A stretch of DNA of 64,000 nt, taken from contig CAYMJV010000001.1 of the NCBI GenBank assembly GCA_964390545.1, forward strand, positions 30,282 to 94,281. The letters are read 5' to 3'. This document shows, one piece after another, positions 48,674 to 57,749 of the stretch (positions within the stretch are counted from its first letter, which is position 1; the number at the start of each line of letters is the position of its first letter). This DNA comes from an uncultured Syntrophaceae bacterium (GTDB lineage: Bacteria; Desulfobacterota; BSN033; UBA1163). The notes under the pieces were generated by a model, which worked only from the letters and a program-made list of their open reading frames with translations, did not search any database and had not been told where the DNA came from. The translations under genes and the position numbers were made by a program.

Positions 48674-49885
48674 CTACGATTCCTTCGGCTTTTTTAAATC
48701 GAATCCTTCTTTTAAAAGGGAATCCTTTAACTCCTTCACATCGACCTTCTTTTCAATGGCATTGAGAATCTCTGCCCTCCCCTTTGTCTCCCCGAGAAGG
48801 ATACAGCCCACGACCTTATCTTCTTTGAAAGTGATCTTACAATAAGTACATTTCTCGAGGTCACTCCTTACGACACAATCCAGCTTCTTTTCGGCATCGA
48901 TCTCACCGGCAGCCGTGAGGTCAATCCCCACTACCTTCAAGGTATTTGAAACGACCGTTCCTTCGTAGATGGCCTTTCCCCCAGCCATATTGATCCCGGC
49001 AACCTCTCCCTGCCGTTGGGCTGCTGGCCAGATCCCGTAAACGCGACCTCGATGCTCTGCCACATCTCCAGCAGCAAAGATCCCTTCGGTCTTTGTCTTT
49101 AATTGGTCGTCAACGAGAATTCCATTCTTCATCTCTAAACCCATTTCCTTGGCCAGCTGGATGTTAGGCCTAACTCCGGCCGAGATGATCACCATCTGAC
49201 CTTCAACAACCCTACCATCTTTAAGCCGTAATCCCTCTACTTTCTCTTTTCCCAGAATTTCATCTGATTGGCCATTGAGGAAGAAGGAAAAACCCATCTC
49301 CTCCATCTTTTTTTGTAATATCTGAGCTCCCGCTTCATCCATCTGCCTAGGAAGGATTCGCGGATTATGTTCAATAACGGCGACCTTTACCTCTCGCTTC
49401 AACAAAGCCCCCCCCGTCTCCAATCCGACGAGCCCCCCTCCAATCAGGATGGCCTGCTTCACCTTGGCCGAAAACTCCTTCATCTCGAGGGCATCTTTCA
49501 TGGTCCGCAGAGTGAAGACGCCCTTTTTCTCCACCCCTTTAATGGGGGGTACAAAGGCACTGCCCCCCGTAGCCACGAGAAGCATGTCATACGGATAGGT
49601 CTTCCTCTTCTTGCTGAGAACCTCTCTCTTGTCGGACCGGATCTCTCCGATCGGCTCCTCCAAATGGATGGAGATCTCCTTGCTCTCGTAGTACTCCTTC
49701 GTATGGATGGTGATGTCTTTAAGGCTCACCTCCCCTGCCACGTACTCTGGGAATCGAACACGATAATAAAAAGGATAAGCCTCTTCCGTAAAGATGTGTA
49801 TCTCCCCTTTTGGATCGGTCTCCCTGATCTTAATGGCTGCCCTTGCCCCTGCCGCACCATTCCCGACGATAAGATATCGTTTCAC
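48674..49885 (-). CDS. FAD-dependent pyridine nucleotide-disulfide oxidoreductase (rubredoxin reductase/NADH oxidase-like)
   Basis: Two Rossmann motifs (LIVGNGAAG; ILIGGGLVGLE) and an FAD C-terminal motif GDVA. Confidence 0.75.
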   Translation of the reverse strand: MKRYLIVGNGAAGARAAIKIRETDPKGEIHIFTEEAYPFYYRVRFPEYVAGEVSLKDITIHTKEYYESKEISIHLEEPIGEIRSDKREVLSKKRKTYPYDMLLVATGGSAFVPPIKGVEKKGVFTLRTMKDALEMKEFSAKVKQAILIGGGLVGLETGGALLKREVKVAVIEHNPRILPRQMDEAGAQILQKKMEEMGFSFFLNGQSDEILGKEKVEGLRLKDGRVVEGQMVIISAGVRPNIQLAKEMGLEMKNGILVDDQLKTKTEGIFAAGDVAEHRGRVYGIWPAAQRQGEVAGINMAGGKAIYEGTVVSNTLKVVGIDLTAAGEIDAEKKLDCVVRSDLEKCTYCKITFKEDKVVGCILLGETKGRAEILNAIEKKVDVKELKDSLLKEGFDLKKPKES

Positions 49886-50162
49886 TCTTCTTCTCCCCTG
49901 TATCTAAATTTGTTGATCCACTGCTGGAACATAAATTGGCTAGAGCAGTCCCTTCACCCTATTTCGTTGATCCGTTCGGTCGGCCGAAGCCGTTCGGCTG
50001 AGCTCACGGCTGAAGGCAAGCTAGCAGTCGAGAGGTTTACCCCGTTAGAAAGCCCCGCTGCTTGCAGCGGGGATGAAGGTAATTTTGCCATGGGAGCGAG
50101 CACAGGGTTTAATGCCCCGCGTGAGCCTTCCCGTTAGAAGGCCAAAGGTCTTCTAACGGGGT

Positions 50163-51284
50163 TTACTTGATTCCATCACGGAGTTCCCGGGCGAGGAGGT
50201 CAACCGTCCCTCGCGTTCCTCCTGCCAATTTCTGCTTCCACTCTCCGTCCGTCTCAAACCGTGTTTCTCCGATCCGATCGCCCCAGGGTTTGATCGCTTC
50301 CCGGATGCCGAAGTAGTCGAAAGAATCTTTCTTTAACTCTTTTGATCGAGCCATCACATCGGGGCTCACCCGTATGAAGGCACGGAGGGCGGCTCCGGTC
50401 TTGATGCTGTATTTCCGCCCGGCCCAGGCCTTTGGGAAAATTGCCAGAATGGCCTTAAAATAGTTCAAAAAGAATCGCTTTCCATTCTGCTCGAATTCCT
50501 TGAACCGATTCGCTCCTCCCAGCTTCTCGATATTGCCAAAAAGATCCACCATCTCTTCTGCCAAGGAAGCCTGGGAGACTCGGCCCTTTCCCACACCCAA
50601 TATTTTAATCTCTCTGTGCAGAGGAGAGCTTTCCTCTTCGTTGAGAGTACGGATGATATCATGGGCTAAGGCCTGATACGAATCAGCGTAAAGCCTTCGA
50701 CCGGCTAACGAGATGAGGTGGGAGGGGTTGAGCCGCGTATGCTTGGCATTGATGGTCACAAAAAGCTCAACTGTCTGCCGAGCATCCAACGTATCGAAGA
50801 GAACGGCTGGGACGTCGATCTCCAAATCTGTTTCCATCTGAGCACTGAGGGCGAGGAGGCGATGTTGACCATCGAGACATCGAAGGATTCCCGGCTCTTC
50901 GGGAATCTGAAGCATCCCTAGGTTGGGATTCTTCCCTATCGGGGAGAAGCTAAGCTTCTTTTCCGTGATCATGATCACGGCCCCTGGTATGGCAGGTAGA
51001 TTCTGGGACTCTTTACAATCCAGATAGTACTGGACCAATTCTCGGATCTTCTTTCGAATCATCGGCCTCTGGAAGGCCGCCTCGCTCTGCCCGATCCGCT
51101 TCTCCAGCACCTCCCAGTTGATGGCAGAGGTTTTGGTCGGTTTCCTCTTTTTCGTCTCCTCCTCCGCGCCTGAATAACTTAAAACTTCAAATTGAACCAA
51201 TTTCTGAATATCCCCGGAGGTAAAAGAGGTTTGATAAAAATCGACTCCGAATTGCCTCACCTTATGGGCTGGAACGGTAATCAT
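50163..51284 (-). CDS. DGQHR-domain protein (DndB-like, ParB/Srx-fold)
   Basis: Literal DGQHR motif (ILRCLDGQHRLLAL). A size of about 370 aa matches DndB/DpdB-like proteins. No dndACDE genes are adjacent. Confidence 0.65.
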   Translation of the reverse strand: MITVPAHKVRQFGVDFYQTSFTSGDIQKLVQFEVLSYSGAEEETKKRKPTKTSAINWEVLEKRIGQSEAAFQRPMIRKKIRELVQYYLDCKESQNLPAIPGAVIMITEKKLSFSPIGKNPNLGMLQIPEEPGILRCLDGQHRLLALSAQMETDLEIDVPAVLFDTLDARQTVELFVTINAKHTRLNPSHLISLAGRRLYADSYQALAHDIIRTLNEEESSPLHREIKILGVGKGRVSQASLAEEMVDLFGNIEKLGGANRFKEFEQNGKRFFLNYFKAILAIFPKAWAGRKYSIKTGAALRAFIRVSPDVMARSKELKKDSFDYFGIREAIKPWGDRIGETRFETDGEWKQKLAGGTRGTVDLLARELRDGIK

Positions 51285-51377
51285 GAAGAACCACCTCCCT
51301 TTTTCTATCTACATCTCCAGCAATTAAGAATGGTTTCGGTGCTTTAGGAGATATGATAAATTGAGTCTATACGCTGT

Positions 51378-51400
51378 GCGCATAGCGCTAAGCGCTTAGC
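51378..51400. promoter_or_regulatory. Palindromic candidate operator (GCGCATAGCGC / GCTAAGCGCTTAGC) ~90-115 nt upstream of the DGQHR gene
   Basis: Perfect 14-nt palindrome read directly, in the 5' region of the minus-strand gene. Confidence 0.3.
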
Positions 51401-51984
51401 CTAGTAATACATAGATACCAAAATTCCCCTTCCTAAACAAGCGAATTCTATTGCTCTTTGAACCCCCTCAGTTATGGGTTCTGGGGTAGAGAATTCGACA
51501 GGAATACCTCCGAAAATCTTATCAAGCGGACGATATTATTTTTTGCTAAGGGCAACAGCTGCTACCATTTCGTGGCTGGTTAAATGGGTTTAGATCGCGA
51601 TCCGACGATCAGCGAGCAGAGGATTCCGCCCTGCCTGCCGGCAGGCAGGTATAAGATTTTCTCCGGCATCCCTGCCAAATTCTGAAAAGTTCGTGTGTGT
51701 AACTGAGGGATTACTGCCCTTTTCTGGACATGGGCACCGGCATGGATTCCCTTTCCTTTTTATTGATACTTCGACGGCACCAAACCTCGACCTTTAGGAC
51801 AGGGTCAAAGACGCCGCTCAGTATCAACCCTGAGCAAACCCCGGGTGCTTGTCCTGAGCGCAGTCGAAGGATTAGACCGGGGATAGTCGAAAGGTTGATT
51901 TTGGAATATCCCTCTGGTAAGTTAAAATAAGTGTTACCAATCCAATCTGAGGAAACCCAAATCAAACATGCAGGGAGACTTACC

Positions 51985-52389
51985 ATGAAAAAGAAGCTAC
52001 TTTTAGGATGCCTCGTCATCTTTTTGGGAATGGGAATGTTTGTTTCGCGGGTACTGTCAGCCGATGCTGCGAGAATGACCAAGGATGAACTCAAAGCCTT
52101 ATTTGGGAATCCCGATTTGATTCTATTGGATGTCCGTTCCGGGAGCGATTGGAAGGATAGCGATTTGAAAATTCAAGGGGCCATTCGAGAAGAACCCGGG
52201 CAAATCAAATCCTGGTCTAAGAAGTACTCCAAGGAGAAGATCATCGTTCTCTACTGCGCCTGACCCAATGAAGGAACGAGTGCCCGGGTGGCACAACAAC
52301 TGATCAAAATGGGATATCCCAAAGTCTATGCCCTAAAGGGTGGCTGGGTGGAATGGTCTAAAAATAATTATCCAGTGGAGAAAAAATAG
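51985..52389 (+). CDS. Periplasmic (lipoprotein-signal) single-domain rhodanese with in-frame TGA at 52261-52263 in the active-site loop (YCA-TGA-PNEGTS): candidate selenoprotein, or a pseudogene
   Basis: RBS GGGAG before the ATG. Rhodanese motifs occur before the TGA (LLDVRSGSDW; IIVLYC). The frame is perfectly conserved after it (SARVAQQLIKMGYPKVYALKGGWVEW) to TAG 52387. A GUGCC-CGGGU-GGCAC hairpin lies 16 nt downstream. Confidence 0.55.
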
Positions 52390-52400
52390 AGTCGAAGCGT

Positions 52401-53228
52401 ATGTGGTTTCGATCTCCAATTGTCCTCAATGCGGGAACTCCGTTTCACATCCCGACAGAACAGTCCATCGATATTGCGTTAACCCTTGCGATGGCGGACC
52501 TGAAGGCAAAGTTCATCGATGCTGAAAGGGGGGCGGTCCGTTACAAGTCTATTCGTGGCTCTGAGGAGTTTGAACGTTATAAGGATCTGACAAGGGGATT
52601 ACGGTCCTTCGATCTTCGCTCTGTCAAAGACCGTGGACCGAGGCTCGCCTTCTGGACCAATATTTATAACACGGCCGTGATTCACGGTGTGATTGAACTG
52701 GGGCTGGAACGCTCTGTTAAGGAGTATCCTGGATTTTTCGATCGGATCACTTATGAGATAGGGGGATCTCGTTTTTCTCTTAATGAAATGGAGCATGGTC
52801 TCCTCCGTGGCAACCGGAGACACCCCTATCGGGTCCTGAAACCTTTCCGTGAAAGAGACCCGCGCCTCGAATTCGCCATTGTCCCCCTGGATCCAAGAAT
52901 CCATTTCGCTCTGGTCTGTGGGGCCAGGTCGTGTCCGCCCATCGGTTTTTATGAAGCTGAACAGATCGATTTCCAGCTTGGGCTGGCGGCCATGAGCTTT
53001 ATCAATAGCCCTCAGGTCAAGATCCTCCCCGAAGAGAAGACTGTTTTCATTTCGATGATTTTTAAATGGTATAAGATTGATTTTGGAGGGAGTGACAGAG
53101 CACTGCTCGACACTCTTTTGAACTACCTTGATGAGGGGAAGGATAAGGCCTTCCTTGAGGAGAATAGAAATCAGATCAGAATCCGGTATCAGCCTTATGA
53201 CTGGAATTTGAATCAATCGGAGAGATGA
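52401..53228 (+). CDS. DUF547-family protein
   Basis: LAFWTNIYNTAVIHG block typical of DUF547. Confidence 0.55.
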   Translation: MWFRSPIVLNAGTPFHIPTEQSIDIALTLAMADLKAKFIDAERGAVRYKSIRGSEEFERYKDLTRGLRSFDLRSVKDRGPRLAFWTNIYNTAVIHGVIELGLERSVKEYPGFFDRITYEIGGSRFSLNEMEHGLLRGNRRHPYRVLKPFRERDPRLEFAIVPLDPRIHFALVCGARSCPPIGFYEAEQIDFQLGLAAMSFINSPQVKILPEEKTVFISMIFKWYKIDFGGSDRALLDTLLNYLDEGKDKAFLEENRNQIRIRYQPYDWNLNQSER

Positions 53229-53245
53229 TTTCAGGAAGAGAGAGA

Positions 53246-54232
53246 TCAGTACCTAAATAAAGCGGCTCCCCAAGTGAACCCCGCACCAAAGGAACTCGTC
53301 AGAATCAGGTCTCCCCTTTGAATCTTCCCGCTTCGCACACCTTCGTCCAGGGCCGTCGGGATCGAAGCAGCTGAAGTATTACCGTACTTGTGAACAGTGA
53401 TGATCACCTTCTCTTTGGGGATTCTCAAACGCTTGGCCACTGTATCCATAATTCGAATATTTGCTTGATGAGGGATGAACCAGTCTATTTCATTACTGGT
53501 GACTCCTGCTGATTTCATCGCCTTGAGCGCTGAGTCCACCATGATCCGAACCGCATACTTGAAGACTTCGTTCCCCTGCATCTTTAAGTATTGAAGACCT
53601 TCTTCCAGCATCTTTAGGGAAGCAGGGATGCGTGATCCGCCTCCAGGCACGTGGATGAGGCTCCAAAGATCGCCATCCGATTCGATATCGATGTTGAAAA
53701 TCTCTCCATCTCCATGTCGATTTGAATGACCCAGGACGACCGCCCCTGCTCCGTCACCAAAAAGGACGCAAGTCGCCCTGTCCTTGAAATCGATCCGATT
53801 GGAAATGATTTCTCCCCCAATAACAAGGGCATAGTGGTAGGAGCCGTCCTGCATGAACTTCTGAGCTACGGCAAGACCGTAGATGAACCCCGGACAGGCT
53901 GCATTGACATCGAACGCCACGGCTTTCTTGGCCCCCAATCGATGCTGGATAATACAGGCGGCCGACGGGCTCACCATATCTGCCGTGGAAGTCCCAACGA
54001 TGATCATATCCAATTTTTCAGGGGAAATTCCGGCCATCTCCAGAGCCTTCTCTGAGGCCCCCGTGGCCAAATCGGAAAGGGCCTGTCCTGGTTCGATCAT
54101 TCGGCGTGTATGAATTCCGGTACGGGTAACGATCCATTCGTCGGTCGTATTCACGATCTTTTCAAAATATGAATTAGGAATGACTCGTTCAGGGACATAA
54201 GAGCCTGTTCCCATGATGCCTACCTTTTTCAT
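53246..54232 (-). CDS. fabH: 3-oxoacyl-ACP synthase III
   Basis: KAS III motifs (ACPGF active-site Cys, H/N region, C-terminal GFGAGFTWGA). Confidence 0.85.
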   Translation of the reverse strand: MKKVGIMGTGSYVPERVIPNSYFEKIVNTTDEWIVTRTGIHTRRMIEPGQALSDLATGASEKALEMAGISPEKLDMIIVGTSTADMVSPSAACIIQHRLGAKKAVAFDVNAACPGFIYGLAVAQKFMQDGSYHYALVIGGEIISNRIDFKDRATCVLFGDGAGAVVLGHSNRHGDGEIFNIDIESDGDLWSLIHVPGGGSRIPASLKMLEEGLQYLKMQGNEVFKYAVRIMVDSALKAMKSAGVTSNEIDWFIPHQANIRIMDTVAKRLRIPKEKVIITVHKYGNTSAASIPTALDEGVRSGKIQRGDLILTSSFGAGFTWGAALFRY

Positions 54233-54525
54233 CCGATCTCTTTCCTCCGGAGACAGTGAGATTTTCGAGAAACGACATCCATTCTATCGCCCATACACGG
54301 CTGTGACGGAGGCAGACTCGATCACCTTCCCCTCGATGGTCTTCTTAAAAACGAAGCGGGAGGTATTCACCCCAACGTCCAGTTTCTCCAAAAGGATTCG
54401 AAGTAATGAAAGTAAGAACTTCGCGGGAAGGTCCGCTGAGCTCCCCGCCTTTTTGGCGGGGGTGAAGGCAGACAACGTGAAAGGTCTCTACCTTACCCCG
54501 AAAACTCAGACTTTGGGGAGGAGTT

Positions 54526-54813
54526 TTACAATGCAATGCGATTGAGGAGCGTGATCCCCGCATGATAGCAACAGCATGCACTATCGAAACTATTATCGAA
54601 GACCCTCTTCTTCCCATCCTGAAAGAGGATTCGAACGTAACAAAGCCCGCCGGGCAAATCAGAAGACCAGGTCTCGATCACAACCCCACCTCCCCAAGAT
54701 TTGAACTTTTTATGATAGACTTTATCCCCTACCCTAAGATAGGTGTGTCTTTCAATGTTAGACTTTATTTCCGAAAGACCCTGCGTCTTTCTTTGAGGAA
54801 GAAGTTCTCTCAA
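54526..54813 (-). CDS. Small hypothetical protein (possibly DUF3553-like)
   Basis: ORF only. The GDKVYHKKFKSWGGGVVIE motif resembles small conserved proteins. Confidence 0.25.
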   Translation of the reverse strand: MRELLPQRKTQGLSEIKSNIERHTYLRVGDKVYHKKFKSWGGGVVIETWSSDLPGGLCYVRILFQDGKKRVFDNSFDSACCCYHAGITLLNRIAL

Positions 54814-54891
54814 TTATTTTCCTCCTGCCGGGAGTATATCCCGTTCACCCCCTTTCCGCAAGCAGAATTTAATCAATCCCCGCCGGGAGCT

Positions 54892-55782
54892 TCATTTGTC
54901 TTCCCTCTTTCTCTCCCATCTCCGATGGATCCAAATCCATTGATCAGGATACTGAAGGATCATCGATTCAAGCACACGGGTAAAGCGTTGCATATTGATC
55001 TCTACATCTTTATTCATATCTCCTGTAAGGACCAGTTCAATCGGATCTTTGACCAATAGACGATGCTTTTGAAATCCATTGCGAATCATGAAGACCGGTA
55101 CCACCGGAGCACCGCTTCTGATGGCCATCACTGCCAGGCCAGGGGTGGTCGGTGCCTTTTTCCCGAAGAATTCAACCCAGACGGCTCTGCTTCGTTTGGC
55201 CCTCTGATCAATCATGATTCCAACCAGCCGGTTTTCTGAAAGGGCATGAACCACTTTCTGGGTTGCATTTTCAGGAGAAATGAGGTGGAGACCTGCTTTA
55301 TCTCTGATCTCTGCAATGAAGCGATACAATCGCTCATTCCGTTTAATGGGTTTGGCAACGGCCAGGACCGGATTCCCGATTACCTTCGCCATGAACCCCA
55401 TCAATTCCCAATTCCCAAAGTGGCCAATGAGCAGAAGACCCCCTTTCTTCTTCTCTAGAAGTTTCAGTGCCTCTTCGAGCCCCTCCACGCTCACCTTTCT
55501 TTTATAGGTCTCCGTATCCATCCCCAGAATCCGGAAAAACTCAATGACCATCATCCCCATGTGCTGGAAGTTCCTTTTAGCAATGGACCGTCTCTCCTCT
55601 TCGGATTTCTCCTGACCGAACGCAATGCGTAGATTCTGAAGGGCCACGTTGCGATGTTCCCAATCTAAATAGTAAGCGGCATTTCCCATCTGTCTCCCCA
55701 CCCAGAGAGCAAAACTCTCAGGGAAAAGATTGATGAGAAAGCTGAATCCCTTGAGAAGTAAGTATATGAAATAGCCAACCAT
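54892..55782 (-). CDS. Lipid A biosynthesis acyltransferase (LpxL/HtrB/LpxM family)
   Basis: HtrB-family length, N-terminal TM and an HxxxxD-type region (IGHFGNWE). Confidence 0.75.
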   Translation of the reverse strand: MVGYFIYLLLKGFSFLINLFPESFALWVGRQMGNAAYYLDWEHRNVALQNLRIAFGQEKSEEERRSIAKRNFQHMGMMVIEFFRILGMDTETYKRKVSVEGLEEALKLLEKKKGGLLLIGHFGNWELMGFMAKVIGNPVLAVAKPIKRNERLYRFIAEIRDKAGLHLISPENATQKVVHALSENRLVGIMIDQRAKRSRAVWVEFFGKKAPTTPGLAVMAIRSGAPVVPVFMIRNGFQKHRLLVKDPIELVLTGDMNKDVEINMQRFTRVLESMILQYPDQWIWIHRRWERKREDK

Positions 55783-55850
55783 TTTCTATTTCAGATTTCG
55801 GATTGAATAATTCTCAATTCGAAATTCCGCACCCCGCATTCCGTATTTGA

Positions 55851-56029
55851 TTACTCTTCTCCTTTATAAGGCAGGGCTTCATCGATCAACATGACAGGGA
55901 TATCATCTTTGATCTGGTAGACAAGGCGACAAGATTTGCAGATCAGTCCGTCTCCTGCCCTGTTTAAGAAAATCTCCCCCTTACATTTAGGACACGCTAA
56001 AATCTCCAAGAGTTCTTTGCTGAGAGCCA
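55851..56029 (-). CDS. Trm112/YcaR-like small zinc-ribbon protein (DUF343)
   Basis: Not in the ORF track because it is under 60 aa. Minus-strand translation is MALSKELLEILACPKCKGEIFLNRAGDGLICKSCRLVYQIKDDIPVMLIDEALPYKGEE. It is typical next to lpx/kds genes. Confidence 0.6.
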
Positions 56030-56274
56030 TCTTTTATCCTCCCTGGTTACGAGATAAAAAGGCCTGGTTTAGAGGCTAGGGTAACCACGCCCGTTTTGTC
56101 CAACGGTTCGGGTTTGCCAACGTTTCTCGTTGTCGAAGCCCGTATCGGCACTCGTCAATCGATAGTGGATATTCGAGCTTCATTTTGTACGGGCTTCCTG
56201 CTTCGATTCCAGCGTCGTCACCCATAACTATTCGACTATCCACTTAAACGGGCTTCATAACCGTGGCCCATCGT

Positions 56275-56862
56275 TTATTTGAAACCCATTCCTTCTCGCT
56301 GAAGGATCCACTGAACGGCCTCGTAGAGATCCGATGCAACATGATCCGGCTTCACCTTCCATTGATCTCTGCAATATTCCCATTCCCCTTTTCCATATCC
56401 CGTGAGGACCAGAATCCCCTTGGCTCCGATCCGACGGGCAAATTCAAGCTCAGCACCTCGATCTCCGATAACATAGCTCTTTGAACAATCGACATCCAAC
56501 TCCTTCACTGCTGTTTCGACCAATCCTGTGTCCGGCTTCCGACACCGGCACTTTTGTCGATAGGGGGGTGCTCCCGCATCCGGATGATGGGGACAGTAAT
56601 AGATGCCATCCAGGCGGGCCCCCTCTTTTCTTAAAAGGTCTTCCATCCGTTGGTGCACCAGATGAAGAAGCGATTCCGAGAAATAACCTCTCGCCACTCC
56701 GGATTGGTTGGTGGTGACAACAGCCTTGAACCCATGCTCGTTCAATAACCGAATGGCCTCCCCCACCCTGGGAAGGAGGACAAATCGATCCAGGTGGTTG
56801 ACATACCCTACCTCTTCATTGAGGGTTCCATCACGATCAAGAAAAACTGCCCTATTTGCCAT
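56275..56862 (-). CDS. gmhB: D,D-heptose 1,7-bisphosphate phosphatase (HAD-IIIA)
   Basis: FLDRDGTLN HAD motif I, a zinc-binding CxH...CxC region and GDR motif III. Confidence 0.8.
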   Translation of the reverse strand: MANRAVFLDRDGTLNEEVGYVNHLDRFVLLPRVGEAIRLLNEHGFKAVVTTNQSGVARGYFSESLLHLVHQRMEDLLRKEGARLDGIYYCPHHPDAGAPPYRQKCRCRKPDTGLVETAVKELDVDCSKSYVIGDRGAELEFARRIGAKGILVLTGYGKGEWEYCRDQWKVKPDHVASDLYEAVQWILQREGMGFK

Positions 56863-56954
56863 GAACTCCTAATAATCCCCTCCAACCCCCCTTTAGCAAA
56901 GGGGGGAGAGGGGGGATTTCTCCTTATCTCCTCATCTCCCCATCTCCCTATCTC

Positions 56955-57749
56955 TCATTCGATAAATCGGCTCAATTCAAAACGGTCAGGGGGAGTGAAT
57001 CGCAAAAAAGACCGATGGGTCCGCCAGTCCCCCACATTGAAATAGCGGCATCTCCTCCCATCGAACCATTCTTCTTCGTCTTCTGGAAAATGGGAATGAC
57101 CGAGGATGACGATTTCAAATCCCTCCATGAACTTCCGATGAGCGAAGGCCTTAAAACCCGGAGGCGGATGAGAAGGTTGTCCCATGTGGTACTTCTGGTA
57201 GCTCATCTGGCTTAGCCATTGGGCGACGTGGCGGGAGAGTCGCGGACCTGCCCATTGCATGAGACCATAGGTCCACCGGTTCTTCAGCACCCTTCGAAAA
57301 GCTCGATACTTCCACTGTTTTGGATTGGATAAATCCCCGTGGCCAATGAACGTTTTCCTTCCTCCCAACCATTCCTCACTTCCAGCGGGATGAACCTCCA
57401 CCTCTATCTGAAATTGTTCTGAGAAGATGGAATCGAGAAAAAAATCGTGATTCCCCTCAAAATATTTAATATGGATGCCATGGCGGGAGAGGATTTGAAG
57501 CCTTTCAAGGACAGGGAGATACTCGGTAAAGGGAAAAAAGTTCTCCTTTGATGGAACTTTCTTAAAACCAAAGAAGAACTCGAAGAGATCGCCCAAGATC
57601 ACCAGATGGCTCATTTGTTCCCTTTCCAGATCCAGGAATCTGAGAAAGGGCTCCATCTCTTCACGATCCCTTCCGGTGAAATGGGCGTCTGAAACAAAAA
57701 TCCAGTCCTTTCCGGAACGGGTCAACAGGAAGTCCTTACCTCCCCACAC
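56955..57749 (-). CDS. UDP-2,3-diacylglucosamine diphosphatase-like metallophosphoesterase (LpxH family)
   Basis: DAHF, GDLFEFF and GNHD motifs. The start is uncertain because it overlaps ugd. Confidence 0.65.
   Translation of the reverse strand: MWGGKDFLLTRSGKDWIFVSDAHFTGRDREEMEPFLRFLDLEREQMSHLVILGDLFEFFFGFKKVPSKENFFPFTEYLPVLERLQILSRHGIHIKYFEGNHDFFLDSIFSEQFQIEVEVHPAGSEEWLGGRKTFIGHGDLSNPKQWKYRAFRRVLKNRWTYGLMQWAGPRLSRHVAQWLSQMSYQKYHMGQPSHPPPGFKAFAHRKFMEGFEIVILGHSHFPEDEEEWFDGRRCRYFNVGDWRTHRSFLRFTPPDRFELSRFIE

Noticed and set aside
51711-52094. ORFs 51711..52094 (-) and 51730..51930 (+) in the long spacer upstream of the rhodanese gene
   Set aside because: They overlap dispersed palindromic repeats (copies of the 48590-48660 element and the CCTGCCTGCC palindrome) and have low-complexity translations. 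They are considered artefacts of the repeat-rich spacer.
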